Shown: positions 1-12,608, counted from the whole stretch's first letter. The stretch: DNA of 62,990 nucleotides, filler included, from Saprolegnia diclina VS20 (GCF_000281045.1; 5 parts of 2 records of this genome joined end to end with filler, not necessarily neighbours in it); one strand, 5' to 3'. Translations and numbers: made by a program. The notes: generated by a model from the sequence alone, not told the origin.

Positions 1-336
1 GGCCGGCGGCGCCGGCGGCATCTTGATATGGTGTGGAATCTTGACCTTGACAGGGATCGTAGTCGTCGGCGCCGGTGTCGCGACCGGTGTCGGCGTCGTC
101 ACGGCAATCGGTGCCGTTGTGGCCACCTGCGGCGACGTCGTCACGGTCGACGAGCTCGACGAAGTGGTCACGACCGCGATGGCCGCGGCGGCGCCAGCGA
201 CAATAACAAACGCGCCAACGCCGAGCAGAAGCTTCTTCTTCTACAGCACAAGCACCATGCGTTTGGGCACCTCGTGGTCTCGACTACGCACCGTGCTCGA
301 GGTCTTGGGTGGGCGGGCGTCCAGCGGCGACTCCAT
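1..336 (-). CDS. 5' part of a membrane-anchored/secreted protein, probably a third CE4 polysaccharide deacetylase paralogue (runs off the window)
   Basis: ATG at 336; exon MESPLDARPPKTSST; 51-nt GT..AG intron 291-241; then KKKLLLGVGAFVIVAGAAAAIAVV (hydrophobic), a Thr/Pro linker and IKMPPAPPA, matching the IKLPP/AKLPPSPPA segment just before the catalytic domain of the two CE4 genes at 12.6-15.4 kb. Confidence 0.6.
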
Positions 337-1760
337 CTCGCTTGCGCACTACCCGGTCGCTTTTGCACTGATCGGCTCCGTATGGATTTCCCAATCAACC
401 GAAATTTTGTTTGGCCGCCTGGTTCGACGACAACATAAAAATCTCAAGCGTCATTGACCGAGCGTAGACTAGCACTGTGGCTACCGTGTTACTATCCGCC
501 GCGACACCGCTGGCACGCCCATCCCGACGGCCTCTTGCTGCGTCGCCAGCTCGCTTGCTGATTGCTGTTCGGGCTCGACCAGATTGCTGCCGGCAAAAAG
601 ATGATCATTACACGGCAGAGCGCCAGTGTCACCGTCTGGTGCTGCTGATGCCTTGTGCGTGAGAATACTTAACCTCGTGGCTGCGATAATGACGGAAGCT
701 CCTGCCCTATCGTCCGAGGTGGAGGTTATGGACGATACCTCGCGAGCGATTGGTGGGGGGCACGCTGGGCCACGAGCCGCATTGCACTGGCGACTGCTGC
801 GACGACGCACTGCTGATCGAAATTGCACTTGGCGTTAGTATCGCCAACGGTTGGCGCAACATTGTTATAGGAATCCTGGTAGGAATCTATGAAACTTTGG
901 CGGGCGTTGAGAATGGAGACAGGCGCACGGTCATGATCCTACAATTGCGTCGTTCTCTTTATTATACCACGTCTACGTATACTTCGCACTAGTAGAACCA
1001 TCTTTTCACTTTGTTCATTGTTCAGCCGAGCAATACACCTGCAGCCGGCTAAACTCCAAGTTCGCACCGAGGACTGCAGTTGAAGGTGAAACCAGTGCGA
1101 CAACCAAGTCTCTCGTCTCGTCAAGTGTTCTCGTGACGTGCAATGAGGATAGTAGTTGCCACTTGGCTTGCCTCGCAGCATCCTTGGGCGAAGAGTTTTA
1201 GTTGCCAGAACTGAGGCTCCTAGTGGCACCGAGGATCTTGTCAGTCTTTGCGTTTCGACAACGCACCTTGGTGGCCAGAAATTGTGCTCAAGACGCAGAT
1301 GCACCTAGTCGACTACATTTTGTCCAGTCGGTTGGTTCCTGCTTTGCACGCTGGAGGTTCGAGCCCCGTCGGTGTTGTCACTGTCTTCTCCTTCCCAGTG
1401 GCGTTGGCATCGAAGCCTTCAATTCGGTTCTTGTCAAATGTATTAGTGCCGGTGCCACAAGGCGTCAATGCCCAGGAAAGAACCACCACCAACGTCGTCC
1501 TCTCAACAACACCCATCCCACAAATTTGGGGTCCACCACGAAAAGGATACTCCGTGGACGCAGCTCATTGGCAACGACCAAGCGCTGGTGCCAACTCGCA
1601 CGCAGTCAGCCGGCCTGTACGTAGGCGAGGCCTTCGAGTTGTGTGTGTTTCCCCATTTGGTTTCATTGCGTGCTCGCTGGATCGATCGACAATTGAACAA
1701 CCCACATCGATGTTGGTAGTAAACGTCTACTAGTATTGATAAAGGCAAAATACGACACAT

Positions 1761-3146
1761 TTAGGGGGCGCCGTAGTGTGACCGGTTCGTAAAGACAACG
1801 TGCTGGTACGACGGCGCGCAGAACGGGAACGCAATGTTGGTGTCGGTGGGCGAGAAGAGCGTGATGCCGGTCGTGATGGTCACATAGATCGCCAGCACGA
1901 TCGTCACGAGGATCGAAATGACGCCAAACACCTTCTCCGCAAGGGACAAGGTCGGGTAAAACTTCTTGATGTAGAACGCCATGGGCAAAATGATGCAACA
2001 CGTGGCGGTCGCAGACGCACCGACGAAATCCAGGAGGTCGCTAAACTTGTCCTTGAAGACGATCGCAATGACGACGCAGATGGCGACAATGACCGTCCGG
2101 ACAAACGCAGCCTTGACGTACGCACCGGGCTTGGCGTAGGCCACCATCGGGTCGTAATGACGGTCCTCGTCAGTCGACTCCTTGGGCGTCTCGAGGTCGA
2201 TCGCGTCCGAGTAGGTCGCATCCTCTTCCTTGTGCATGCCGAGGCAGTAGCGCTCGGCCATGAAGAGCGTCGGGAAGAGCACAAGGCCAAATGCAATCAC
2301 AATGTGAAGCAGCATAAAGATGTACGACATGACAATGCCGCCGCGGTCGGCTTCGAACCCGAGGTTGGTGTCGGAAATCGCAAAGAGGAGGTTGCCGGGA
2401 ATTTGGCACCCAATCTTGTAGTCGCCGAGGACCGCGACGAGGAGAAAGCAGAGCGAGACCAGCACCAAGGTGACGACGATGACACGCGGCATGCGCTCCG
2501 GCTGCGAGTGCTCGCGCTGAAGCGTCGGAACGATCGTACCGGCGGCGTAGGCGAGCGAGAGCGACCCAAAGGCGGTTGTGACGGCAGCCAAATCGATCTC
2601 GGGGGTCGGCGGTGACACACCGTTGGGTACGTGGACATTGTCGAGGAGGAGGTAGATGGCGATGCCGTCGGCGAGGAGGACACCGAGGCAGCCGGCGGCG
2701 GCCTGCGACGCGCTCTCCTTCACCGTCGGCACCAAGCACACGGGCAGCATCGAGATGGCCATGAAGATGATCCACGTCACGTCCGAGAACGTGTGCGGAA
2801 AAAGCACCGTCATGATTTGGCCACCGAGGATCAGAAACATGATGGGCGACATGGTGCACGCGAGAATGTGCGCGATCGTCATGATGATGCGACCGGGCGT
2901 GCCGTAGACCCAGCCACCGACGTCACCGAGCGTCTTGACGTGCTTGGGCGCAATGAGCATGAGCTTGGAGATGCAAACGGACGCGTAGATGTTGATGGCG
3001 GCCATGAAGATGGTGGCCAGCGTCGCCCAGACGTAGCCGGCGCGGGCGTAGTTAGACGGCATCGAGAGAGTCCCGATACCGCAGACAACACAGAAGAGCG
3101 AGAAGCCCGTCTTGACGTCTTCCAACGTCATAAAGGGGCCCGACAT
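1761..3146 (-). CDS. Amino acid/auxin permease (AAAP, Aa_trans) family transporter, paralogue 1
   Basis: Intronless ORF, about 11 hydrophobic segments, motifs SLFCVVCGIGTLSMPSNYARAG, PTLQREHSQPERMPR and DLLDFVGAS. Start placed at MSGPF by alignment with the paralogues. Confidence 0.92.
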   Translation of the reverse strand: MSGPFMTLEDVKTGFSLFCVVCGIGTLSMPSNYARAGYVWATLATIFMAAINIYASVCISKLMLIAPKHVKTLGDVGGWVYGTPGRIIMTIAHILACTMSPIMFLILGGQIMTVLFPHTFSDVTWIIFMAISMLPVCLVPTVKESASQAAAGCLGVLLADGIAIYLLLDNVHVPNGVSPPTPEIDLAAVTTAFGSLSLAYAAGTIVPTLQREHSQPERMPRVIVVTLVLVSLCFLLVAVLGDYKIGCQIPGNLLFAISDTNLGFEADRGGIVMSYIFMLLHIVIAFGLVLFPTLFMAERYCLGMHKEEDATYSDAIDLETPKESTDEDRHYDPMVAYAKPGAYVKAAFVRTVIVAICVVIAIVFKDKFSDLLDFVGASATATCCIILPMAFYIKKFYPTLSLAEKVFGVISILVTIVLAIYVTITTGITLFSPTDTNIAFPFCAPSYQHVVFTNRSHYGAP

Positions 3147-4189
3147 GGTGCGGCTTGGGCAGAGGGCGGGTAATTGAATTCTGGCGTCGTGTTTCGACAC
3201 CTAGTTGGCACCCAGACAAGTGTGTTAATTTCTCATGGCCGATGCTGCCTCTTCTTCGGCGCCTGCGACACCTGGTGCAAAGATACCTGCCCTGTCGCGG
3301 CTGACCTGCGTTTCGTGCAGCCACCGGTTTCGTTTATAATCACACTATTTAACGTCGTACGTTGTAAGGACCAATCGTCGCGCGCTTGAATAGTACACTA
3401 TCTGGACGACGGAAATAGTGTACAACATAGTTGAAGTTGCCATTTTGGTGGTGCCAGCGCTGCATACGCCGCCGGCATTTCTGATCAAAGTGTACACTAT
3501 TCGTCGTCCAACCTCGCGTGGACGCTGCTACGATGGCTTTATCGCATACCGTGTTCCTCGTCGCCATACATTCTTGCAAAACGTCGTTCAAGTATGGACA
3601 ACATTGCTGGCGGGCGTCCGTCGACGACAAGTGGCTTCGCACACGATGACGGACGCCATGGCCACGCCTCGACATATGGAGCGTGACGTGTACAGCATGG
3701 AGCGCGCGCACCTAGGCAATTACCCAGCCCGCATGACCACAAGCTTTGGCACCAAGTTCGCGGGCGGTTCTTGGGCGTCAATCGTGGCTGGAAACAAAGA
3801 AAAAGCTCTCGGTGTTCGTTGACGCAGCGCTCGACTACGTACACATCTGGGCTCGTTTGCGCGTGAAGGCGGGTGCGCTTGGATACATGTTGCCCACCCA
3901 ATCGCGAGCTCACGCATACTAGAGCTAAACTAGAGCTAAACTATATCACAATGTTGTCCAGTTTGGTATTGCAACCGTGTACTAGTACTAGTATATCAGA
4001 TATCGTGGCGCTGGAGCGCTTGACGATACGGCATTTGTCGATGTTAACTACCCCGGGTTGAGCCCTCTCCCCGGTGTCAGGCGCCCGGTGTCGTATTCAT
4101 CAAAACTGATCTGGCGTAGCCGTGCACACGACGGCACCATGCCCAACCATGGCAGCTTCAAGCCTCGTAAAGTTAGTCCGTTGAGTACA

Positions 4190-5581
4190 TTAAAATTGAA
4201 AGTGGGTGTGGTTGGTGAAGACGTAGTGCTGGAACTCGGCCGCGCAGTACGGGAAGCACACTGCCGCCGCGTCCGCGGGCGCAAAGAGGTTGGTGCCTGT
4301 CTGAATCGTCACGTAAATGGCCAGCGCAGTCGTCACGACGATCGACACGAGCGCAAACACCTTCTCAAGCAACGGCAACGTGGCGTAAAATTGCTTGAGG
4401 TAGAACACCATGGGCAGAATGATGCAGCACGTCGACGTGGTCGACGCGCCGACGAAATCCAGAAGGTCGCTAAACTTGTTCTTGAAGACGATCGCAATGA
4501 CGACGCAGACGATGACAATGACCGTCCGGACGATCGCCGCCTTGAGGTACGCGCCGGGTGCCTTGTACGCCTCGCTGGCATCGTAGTGCGCTTCCGACTC
4601 GTCCGTCGTCGCACTGTCTTTTGGCGTCTCGACGTCAATGTACTCGGGTTGCGCCGCCTCCTTGTGCATCCCAAGAAGCACGCGCTCAAAGAAGAAGAGC
4701 GTTGGGAAGAGCACGAGGCCAAACGCGATCGCAATGTGGATAAACATAAACAGATAGGCGAGGATGATGCCGCCGCGCGACGCGGTGAAGCCGAGCTTGT
4801 CGCCGGTAATCGCAAAGAGGAGGTTGCCAGGAATCTGGCAGCCGACCTTGAAGTCGCCGAGGACCGAGACGAGAAGAAAAAAGACCGAGACAATCGTCAG
4901 CGTCACGGTGATGACGCGCGGCATGCGCTCGGGCTGCGAGTGCTCGCGCTGGAGCGTTGGGATGATGGTGCCGGCTGCGTACGCGAGCGAGAGCGACCCA
5001 AAAGCCGTCGTGATACCGCTCAGTGTGATCTCGGGACGCGGCGCCGAGACACCTTCTGGAGCGTTGACGTTGGTGCCGAGTAGGTACAAGGCAATGCCGT
5101 CGGCGAGAATGATGCCAATAGCACCTGCGGTCGCAGTGCCCGCACTTTCTTGCACTGTTGGAACGAGGCAGAGCGGGAGGAGCGAGGCGGCCATGAGGAT
5201 GATCCACGTCGTGTCGTCGTACGAGCTCGGGAAGAGCTCGACCAGAATCGATCCGCCAAGCACGAGAAACATGATGGACGCCATCGTGCATGATAAAAGG
5301 TACGCAACCGTCATGGCCGCGCGTCCATATGCGCCAAAGACCCAGTCACCAATGTCACCGAGCGTCTTGACGCCCCGCGGCGCCGCGAGCATGAGCTTGG
5401 AGATGCAAACCGAGGCGTAGACGTTGATGGCCGCCATAAACACGGTGGCGATCGTCGCCCAGACGTAGCCGGCGCGGGCGTAGTTGGCCGGCATCGAGAG
5501 GGTGCCGATGCCGCAGACAACGCAGAAGAGCGAGAAGCACGTCTTGATGTCTTCGGTCGTCAGGAACGGAGACTTGGCCAT
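4190..5581 (-). CDS. AAAP amino acid transporter, paralogue 2
   Basis: Same motifs as paralogue 1; start MAKSPFLTTEDIK chosen by alignment. Confidence 0.92.
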   Translation of the reverse strand: MAKSPFLTTEDIKTCFSLFCVVCGIGTLSMPANYARAGYVWATIATVFMAAINVYASVCISKLMLAAPRGVKTLGDIGDWVFGAYGRAAMTVAYLLSCTMASIMFLVLGGSILVELFPSSYDDTTWIILMAASLLPLCLVPTVQESAGTATAGAIGIILADGIALYLLGTNVNAPEGVSAPRPEITLSGITTAFGSLSLAYAAGTIIPTLQREHSQPERMPRVITVTLTIVSVFFLLVSVLGDFKVGCQIPGNLLFAITGDKLGFTASRGGIILAYLFMFIHIAIAFGLVLFPTLFFFERVLLGMHKEAAQPEYIDVETPKDSATTDESEAHYDASEAYKAPGAYLKAAIVRTVIVIVCVVIAIVFKNKFSDLLDFVGASTTSTCCIILPMVFYLKQFYATLPLLEKVFALVSIVVTTALAIYVTIQTGTNLFAPADAAAVCFPYCAAEFQHYVFTNHTHFQF

Positions 5582-6270
5582 GATGCCAACACACCGGATT
5601 GCAATGTGGTGGCTCTGGCGCTCGCGTTGTGAAGAGCACGTCGACATGCGACAAAGCTTGCAATATGGTTTGAGCACTGCGACGCATTTCCAACACTATT
5701 CGGCGATATACTACCAAATGGCCAATCAGACGTGACCATTGGTGTACAGTATTTGGCCCGCGAGCAATAGTGTATCTGGCGGCAGTGCGAAACGTCGGGG
5801 GTAGGGTATCCGGATACGTGTCGGTTTCGGCAAACGCACGCGCCCGTTTCTAGTCGCGATTACGTCGATGAATAACGCCATGTACAAAATGTACACAAAT
5901 GTCTAGCGATGGAGAATACAATATCATGTATTGGAGCGCGTCGACGTAGTAGTATCCAGTGGTAGGTGCTCAATGGTCAGAGTTGAGAGGTAGTAGTCCT
6001 AGGGACACCCAGTATAACACATGTGCGATACACTGCGACTGGCACGCGCTGCGTTGCGTGCGTTGGTATGAGTGCTCTCACATGGGACACGCCGGCTATA
6101 GATAACACTCGTACGAGCAACAGCTTCTCGTGGCGTCTCGCTTGGCGTGCGCGTCGTGCATCGTTGCTCGCTGGTGACCGCCTATACCGCGCGATCGGTA
6201 ACGTCCATCTCGACTGTGGACACGTTGTCTTGGCGTAAATGGAACACGAAATAAATTACAGGTTGCTAGC

Positions 6271-7662
6271 TTAGAACTTGTAATGGGTCTGATTTGTGTA
6301 CACAACCTGCTGGAACTGCGCGGGGCAGTACGGAAAGATGACGGCCGAGTCGGACGGCGAGAAGAGGTTGATGCCCGTCTTGATCGAGACGTAGACCGCG
6401 AGGATGCTCGTGACAATGATCGAAACGATCGCAAACACCTTCTCCGGCATCTTGACCGACGGCCAAAACGTCTTGAGGTAAAACACCATGGGCAGGATCA
6501 TGCAGCTCGTCGACGTGGCCGACGCGCCGACAAAATCCAGAAGGTCGCCAAACTTGTCCTTGAACGCAATCGCAATCACGACGCAGAGCGCAACGACAAT
6601 CGTGCGGACAAAAGCAGCCTTGAGGTACGAACCCGGCGCAGCGTAGGCGGCCATGCCGTCTTCGTGTTCGTGCTGGTGCGCCGCACCTTCCTTAGGCGTC
6701 TCGAGGTCGATCATCTCGGCGTCCTTCTCATCGACCGGTTCTTGCTTGTGGAGGCCGAGGAAGATGCGTTCGCAGAGGAACATGGCGGGGAAGAGCACGA
6801 GCGCAAATGCAATCACAATGTGGAGGTGCATGAAGAGGAAGGCGAGGATGACACCGCCACGCGACGCGTTGAAGCCGAGCTTGGTACCCGTGATGGCAAA
6901 GAGGAGGTTGCCCGGAATTTGGCAGCCGACCTTGTAGTCGCCGAGGATCGACACGAGGAGGAAGAAGAGCGACACGATCGTGAGCGTCACCGTGATGACA
7001 CGCGGCATGCGGGCTGGCTCGCTGTGTTCACGCTGGAGCGACGGGATAATGATACCAGCCGCGTACGCAAGCGAGAGCGAGCCAAAGACCATCGTGACGC
7101 CGCTGAGCGAGAGCTCGGGCGACGGCGGCGAGACGTTTTCCGGGACATCGACGTTGGCGATGAGGAGGTAGATGGCGATGGCGTCCGCAAGAATGATACC
7201 GATCGCGCCAGCCGCGGCCTGGCCCGCGCTCTCCTTGAGCGTCGGGACGAGGCAAATCGGAAGGAGCGAGAGACCCATCAAGATGATCCACGTCGTGTCG
7301 TCGTACGAGTCGGGAAACAAGACCGTGAGGATCGTGCCGCCAAGGACGAGGAACATGATGGGCGCCATCGTGCACACGAGCATGTGCCCGATCACGATCG
7401 AGATGCGGCCCGGGAGGCCGAACACCCAGCCACCAATGTCACCGAGTGTCTTGACGTTCTTGGGCGCGACGAGCATGAGCTTCGAGATGCAAACAGACGC
7501 GTAGACGTTGATCGAGGCCATGAAGATGGTCGCGATCGTCGCCCAAGCGTAGCCGGCGCGGGCGTAGTTGCCCGGCATCGAGAGGGTGCCGATACCACAG
7601 ACGACGCAGAAGAGCGAGAAGCCCGTCTTGATGTCTTCAATGGTCATAAAGGGTCCGGCCAT
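6271..7662 (-). CDS. AAAP amino acid transporter, paralogue 3
   Basis: Same motifs; start MAGPFMTIEDIK. Confidence 0.92.
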   Translation of the reverse strand: MAGPFMTIEDIKTGFSLFCVVCGIGTLSMPGNYARAGYAWATIATIFMASINVYASVCISKLMLVAPKNVKTLGDIGGWVFGLPGRISIVIGHMLVCTMAPIMFLVLGGTILTVLFPDSYDDTTWIILMGLSLLPICLVPTLKESAGQAAAGAIGIILADAIAIYLLIANVDVPENVSPPSPELSLSGVTMVFGSLSLAYAAGIIIPSLQREHSEPARMPRVITVTLTIVSLFFLLVSILGDYKVGCQIPGNLLFAITGTKLGFNASRGGVILAFLFMHLHIVIAFALVLFPAMFLCERIFLGLHKQEPVDEKDAEMIDLETPKEGAAHQHEHEDGMAAYAAPGSYLKAAFVRTIVVALCVVIAIAFKDKFGDLLDFVGASATSTSCMILPMVFYLKTFWPSVKMPEKVFAIVSIIVTSILAVYVSIKTGINLFSPSDSAVIFPYCPAQFQQVVYTNQTHYKF

Positions 7663-9118
7663 CGCGGTCAAAAGCTGAAATTGAATTGTGCGCCGTTCGA
7701 GCCAAGGGTCAATTCGCGACGTTTGCTCACCGCTGGAATCCGCGCCTGCAAATCCAATGCAGAGCCGGCGTCACTTTCTCAGACCCCGAGGGTGGGACAC
7801 GTCGGCGTCCCACTGTCTTTACCTTATCATACGTTTTGCACTTCGTGTACCTCGTTGCACACTATTTCATTGCGATAACGTGGAGCATACACATATCAAG
7901 AGAAATGGCCCGCGAGATGCCACGAGAAGACGAACGCATTTATTCGGAAATAGTGTATGTAATCACCAGAAGCGTCCCCAGATGCTGCCTTATCCCAGGT
8001 GCGACGGCACCCAGATGGGTATTTAGGGTAAGGCGATTGCACAAACGGGTCGGCGAGCGCTCGAGCGCCAATAGATCGACTTGATTGCAAATGTTTGGTC
8101 CATTTGAAAGCGGTAAATTAGTCGATTAGTAGCGCTACAACGACTGAAACGTCGCTTGAAGGTACCCACAGCATCGCAGGATCAAAGCCGCAGGAATATG
8201 CACGCGGACGACAAACCCGCAGCACCAGAGCTCGCAGCACCTTGACAACCATCAAGGTGGTCGATGACGGACGCCGCAAGCGAATCAACAATACTTGTGT
8301 GGTTCGATCATCGTACGTCGAGAAGACGCGCCCAAGTGACAAGGGGCGGCGTGGCCATGCAACCGAGACTATTGCCCTTGAAGGCAGAGACGTACTCACG
8401 CGATTTCGCCTACCACAGGGTTCTCGTACGCGCAAATCTGAGTTTGCGAGTAGCTTTCGTTTTCAACGCCCACGGCCGCTCGGCCTCATCTCTGCTGCGA
8501 TGCACAGCAGGCAAGCAGTCCCTCGGACCCGAAAGAACCCACCCACATGCCGACAACCCATGTTCGATGCCGATGATGCGTGTGCCTGTAGAGTAATCTG
8601 AGGAACACCTTTCCAAGAGACTATGCATCAGCTTGGATGCGTTGTACATTTGGGTCCTACCAGGCCTAAGCATACAAACTGCAGAGCTCCGTGGTCGTCG
8701 TGCTCTTCCGGATCGTGATCCCCGAACAGCAGAAGCTCCGAGCGCACAGCCACCTTGGAAGGATTATCTTGGTAGGGTTAGGGAAGGCACAGGAACGTGC
8801 CACGTCATCGCAGAGTGCTACGCGATCATGAGCCGACAAACGAGCCTGGTGAATTAGCTTCACGTCAACGGCCCCCACCGATGCATTTCTGATGTGTATC
8901 TTCATGGTCGAGGCAAATACGCCCTTTCGATTCGACTCAGGGTCACGATCATCAAAACCAAAATGCGACTGGGGCAACTCTATGCGTCAGGAAGGAAAAG
9001 GGTTGTCCGAAGGGGGCACCCAGGGGTGACGGGTGGTACAGACTCCCGTGGGCGCTGCCTCCACGACAAATGTCATATTACTACTACTTAAAACATCACA
9101 ACACTATACTGCAAGCAC

Positions 9119-10537
9119 CTAGTGCTTGGTGCTGTAGTACGTCGTGTTGGTGTAGACCATCTTTTGGTACTCGGCCGGGCAGTACGGGAAGTGGATCGTC
9201 GGGTCGGCCGGCGACGGCGTGAAGAGCGCCTTGCCCGTCTGGATCGAGACGTAGACGGCAAGGAACGAGATGACAATGAGGATGAAGATGCTCGCAATCT
9301 TCTCGAAGAGGCCCATCGTCTTGTGGAACGCCTTCATGTTGAAGACGACCGGAAGGATCATGCAGCCGAGCGCGGTCGACGAGGCGCCGACAAAGTTGAG
9401 CAGGTCGTTAAAGTGGTCCTTCCAGATGATCGCAATGACCGTGCAGATGGACACTTGGCAAAAGCGCATGATGCACGCTTTGAGGTAGTCGCGGCTGGAC
9501 GCGTACATGGGAGCCGCGCTCGCGTCGTCGGGCTTGCCGGTCTCGAGCGCAACGTCGTCCTTCATGACCGGGGTTTCCAAGTCCTCAAAGCCCGACTGGC
9601 GCGCCTCGAGCGTAAACTGCTCCTTGTGGAAGCCAAAGATGATGCGCTCGAAAATGTAAAACGTCGGGAAGAGAATGACAGCAAACGCGATCGTGCAGTG
9701 GAGCTGCATGAAGAGGAAGGCGAGGACGATGCCGCCGCGGGGCGCTTCGAACCCGAGCTTGGTGCCCGTGATGGCAAAGAGGAGGTTGCCGGGAATCTGG
9801 CAGCCGACGTTGTGGACACCGGCAAACGAAATGGCCAAGAAGAGCACCGAGCAAAAGCCGAGAGTCACCAAGATAACGCGCGGCATGCGCTCCGGCTGCG
9901 TATGTTCGCGCTGCAGGGCCGGGATGACGACACCGGCCGAGTAGCCGAGCGAGAGGTTGCCAAAGACGGACGTGATACCGTCAAACGAAAGCGCGGGCTT
10001 GGGCGTGGCAAGGCCCGCGGGGATGTTGTCCATGCTGCTGAGAAGCACGTAGAGCGCGACAAAGTCGGCGAGAAGCGTGCCAAGCGCACCGGCGGCGGCC
10101 GTACCGGCGCTCTCCTTGAGCGACGGCATCATGCAGATGGGCAGCAGCGTGATGGCCATGAGGATGATCCACGTCTCGGGCGAAAACGTCTCGGGGAAGA
10201 GCACGTCGAGGAGCGAGCCGCCGAGGACAAGGAACGCAATCGGTACCATGCAGCACACGAGGAGCTGCGAGAGCGTCGTGATGTAGCGACCCGGCTTGCC
10301 GTAGAGCCACTCGCCAATATCGCCATACGTGCGCACGTACTTGGGCGCCGCGAGCATGACCTTGGAGACGCAGACGGTCGAGTAGAGGTTGATGGCCGCC
10401 ATGAGCAAGAGCGCGGCGGTCGCCCAGTAGTAGCCAGCGCGGGCGTAGTTGGCCGGCATGCCGAGCGTACCGATGCCATAGACAACACAGTAGAGGTTGA
10501 AGCAGAGCTTGAGATCTTCGAGCGTCAGAAACGCCAT
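9119..10537 (-). CDS. AAAP amino acid transporter, paralogue 4 (more divergent)
   Basis: NLYCVVYGIGTLGMPANYARAG, PALQREHTQPERMPR; start MAFLTLEDLK preceded by an INR/FPR-like element. Confidence 0.92.
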   Translation of the reverse strand: MAFLTLEDLKLCFNLYCVVYGIGTLGMPANYARAGYYWATAALLLMAAINLYSTVCVSKVMLAAPKYVRTYGDIGEWLYGKPGRYITTLSQLLVCCMVPIAFLVLGGSLLDVLFPETFSPETWIILMAITLLPICMMPSLKESAGTAAAGALGTLLADFVALYVLLSSMDNIPAGLATPKPALSFDGITSVFGNLSLGYSAGVVIPALQREHTQPERMPRVILVTLGFCSVLFLAISFAGVHNVGCQIPGNLLFAITGTKLGFEAPRGGIVLAFLFMQLHCTIAFAVILFPTFYIFERIIFGFHKEQFTLEARQSGFEDLETPVMKDDVALETGKPDDASAAPMYASSRDYLKACIMRFCQVSICTVIAIIWKDHFNDLLNFVGASSTALGCMILPVVFNMKAFHKTMGLFEKIASIFILIVISFLAVYVSIQTGKALFTPSPADPTIHFPYCPAEYQKMVYTNTTYYSTKH

Positions 10538-10558
10538 GCTGAGATGGTGTCGAATTGG

Positions 10559-10573
10559 AAAATGCAAAGTGGC
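10559..10573 (-). promoter_or_regulatory. Oomycete INR/FPR-like core promoter element
   Basis: GCCACTTTGCATTTT about 20 nt upstream of the ATG at 10537. Confidence 0.5.
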
Positions 10574-12608
10574 TCAAGTGACGGGAAGCCCGCCACCCGT
10601 TCGAGGCGCCAAAGACGGTTTCGGTCCCACTCGTTCTTCCGGCGCCTCGAGACCACCAGCTGGTGCGAGCGTAGCCAACGGGGAGGCTGGACAGGCGGGC
10701 TGCTATGTCACTTGAGCTTTGGTCGAGTGACACCCAAGAATGCTGCCTTGCCGTTGGTGGAAATCTATAAAACCTAGTTGACATGTCCCGCACAAGGTCC
10801 AAGCATTCGGAGCACACAAAGCGTCTGGAGCCTCAACACGCCTCTCACGACGCAGATATCGTGTTACCTGGCGCTGTCTCGGCGCGACGACGATGTGGCA
10901 GCGTTGCGCCGCCTCGTGTTTCACGGCCAAATTTGTCATCTTACGATCCTGGATCTTGTTCGATTTGGGGAGCGGTAAGCTGCAGACGTGCGACGGGTCG
11001 TCATTTTCTGCACCACTTTAAAGCAAAGATACTTACTCGAGCGTGGCACAACAGCAGAGCGTCCCACGCTGCCACGAGTCGGGCGCGCAGTACACGATGC
11101 CAGGAAAATGCCGATCTTTCGACCGTAAAGTGCAAAGTCAGCGATGCGAGCGAGGTTCGAAGCGGATACCAACTGCATCTCGACCAACGACACGGGCAGG
11201 TGGCAACATGGACCGGAACCGCTAGCTTTGGCTGCAACTTGGATGGGTACGCAACGCATTTACCGCTCTCCATGGAGCCCGATCCCTACGCCGGGATGCG
11301 GTAAAGCAGTGCGTTATCGACGGAGGCTGTTTACTATCCTGCGTACCACCGCATTGGAAAGCGTTTCTGATTGAAATCTGATCGAGACCGTCACAGCTGC
11401 GCTCGTCTTCTCGGAAATCAGTGATGATCACCAAGATCTTAGTGTGTATGTGGCGGCTGCGAGGATAAGAAAGCGCTAAGATGTTGCCTTGATTCTTGAG
11501 GAAGCAAGTCGACAGATCTTGCCCTTTACCGTGCGAGTCCAACACTGCCTTTGGGGATGATCGAAATGGACGCACTTCAACAAGCGCGCCGCCTTTCGAT
11601 TCCTACCCACTAATAGTACCTAGTACTACGCTAGAGGTTAGTGAGCACTGCGACGAAGATTTGCGGCACGTATGAGGAGGGATTACCGACTTGCAAGCGA
11701 GAGCGGTTGCAATTTGTCGCTGCAAAGATCCTCCCAACAGTGGAAGCTACTACACCTGAAAGGCGAATAGACGTCTGGTTGAGTCGACAGAGGACTTCCA
11801 TGGAGCTCGACGAGCCGGTTGCAGTTGCACCGTACACTGGGTGTCCGTCCTCGCACTCGAATACGCCTGCCCACCACCAGTGAGCACCTCGGTGGCAACG
11901 TTCAGCACTGGTAACTGCATCGATGGAGTGGACCCAGCGCGGTGACGGTGCTTGGCCAACTGATATGTGCGAAGCCAGCCAGCGATTAGCACCACAGGCA
12001 TTTGTCGGTGCGTCGGCCTTCTCTCCGCTATTGTGAGCAAAGGGCAATTGAAACCTAGCATACGTGGCAGCCATGGCCTCGACGTTCGTGTTGAAGAGCC
12101 AGCCGCTCATCGAGTACAGTAGTCATTCGGTGCAGTCTGCCTCGTGCGGCACGCCTCGGCGTCCCCACCCTGGTGCCTTACAGCATTCAACTATATAGGA
12201 GGACTCAAGTGGAGGCAGGCGAGAACGGCTTGAACGACTCTATGCATGATCTGCCGTTTGCGTCGATGCCGGCAACTCCATGCTTGCACGATCGTCTTTG
12301 GATGCGGACAAGCCGAGCATACCTCACATCTCTCACCTTCTGACGCACCTCCACGCTCGGGTAACTGGGTGGAACAGGACACGAGGAAATATTCGCTTGT
12401 AAAGGCTATGTGAGCTCGAGATGGGAGAGGCGGCGGTACCGACGCAGCTCCTCAGCACGTTCTATGGCTCGTCGAATACAGCGACGCGGCCGCGACCATG
12501 ACCCTGCAGAAGATCAAGTGAGGCTTCGTCTTCTTCCTTTGCTGTGCAAACCACCACCATCATGCTCATTAAACGAACAAATTCCGTTCAAAATGTGGGA
12601 CGTCATGA

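Noticed and set aside
8100..9050. Possible transposon or pseudogene remnants in lower-GC spacers (also 480-1700, 10800-12550, 36300-37250, 48900-49800)
   Set aside because: No transposase or RT motifs, terminal repeats or coherent frames that I can support by eye.
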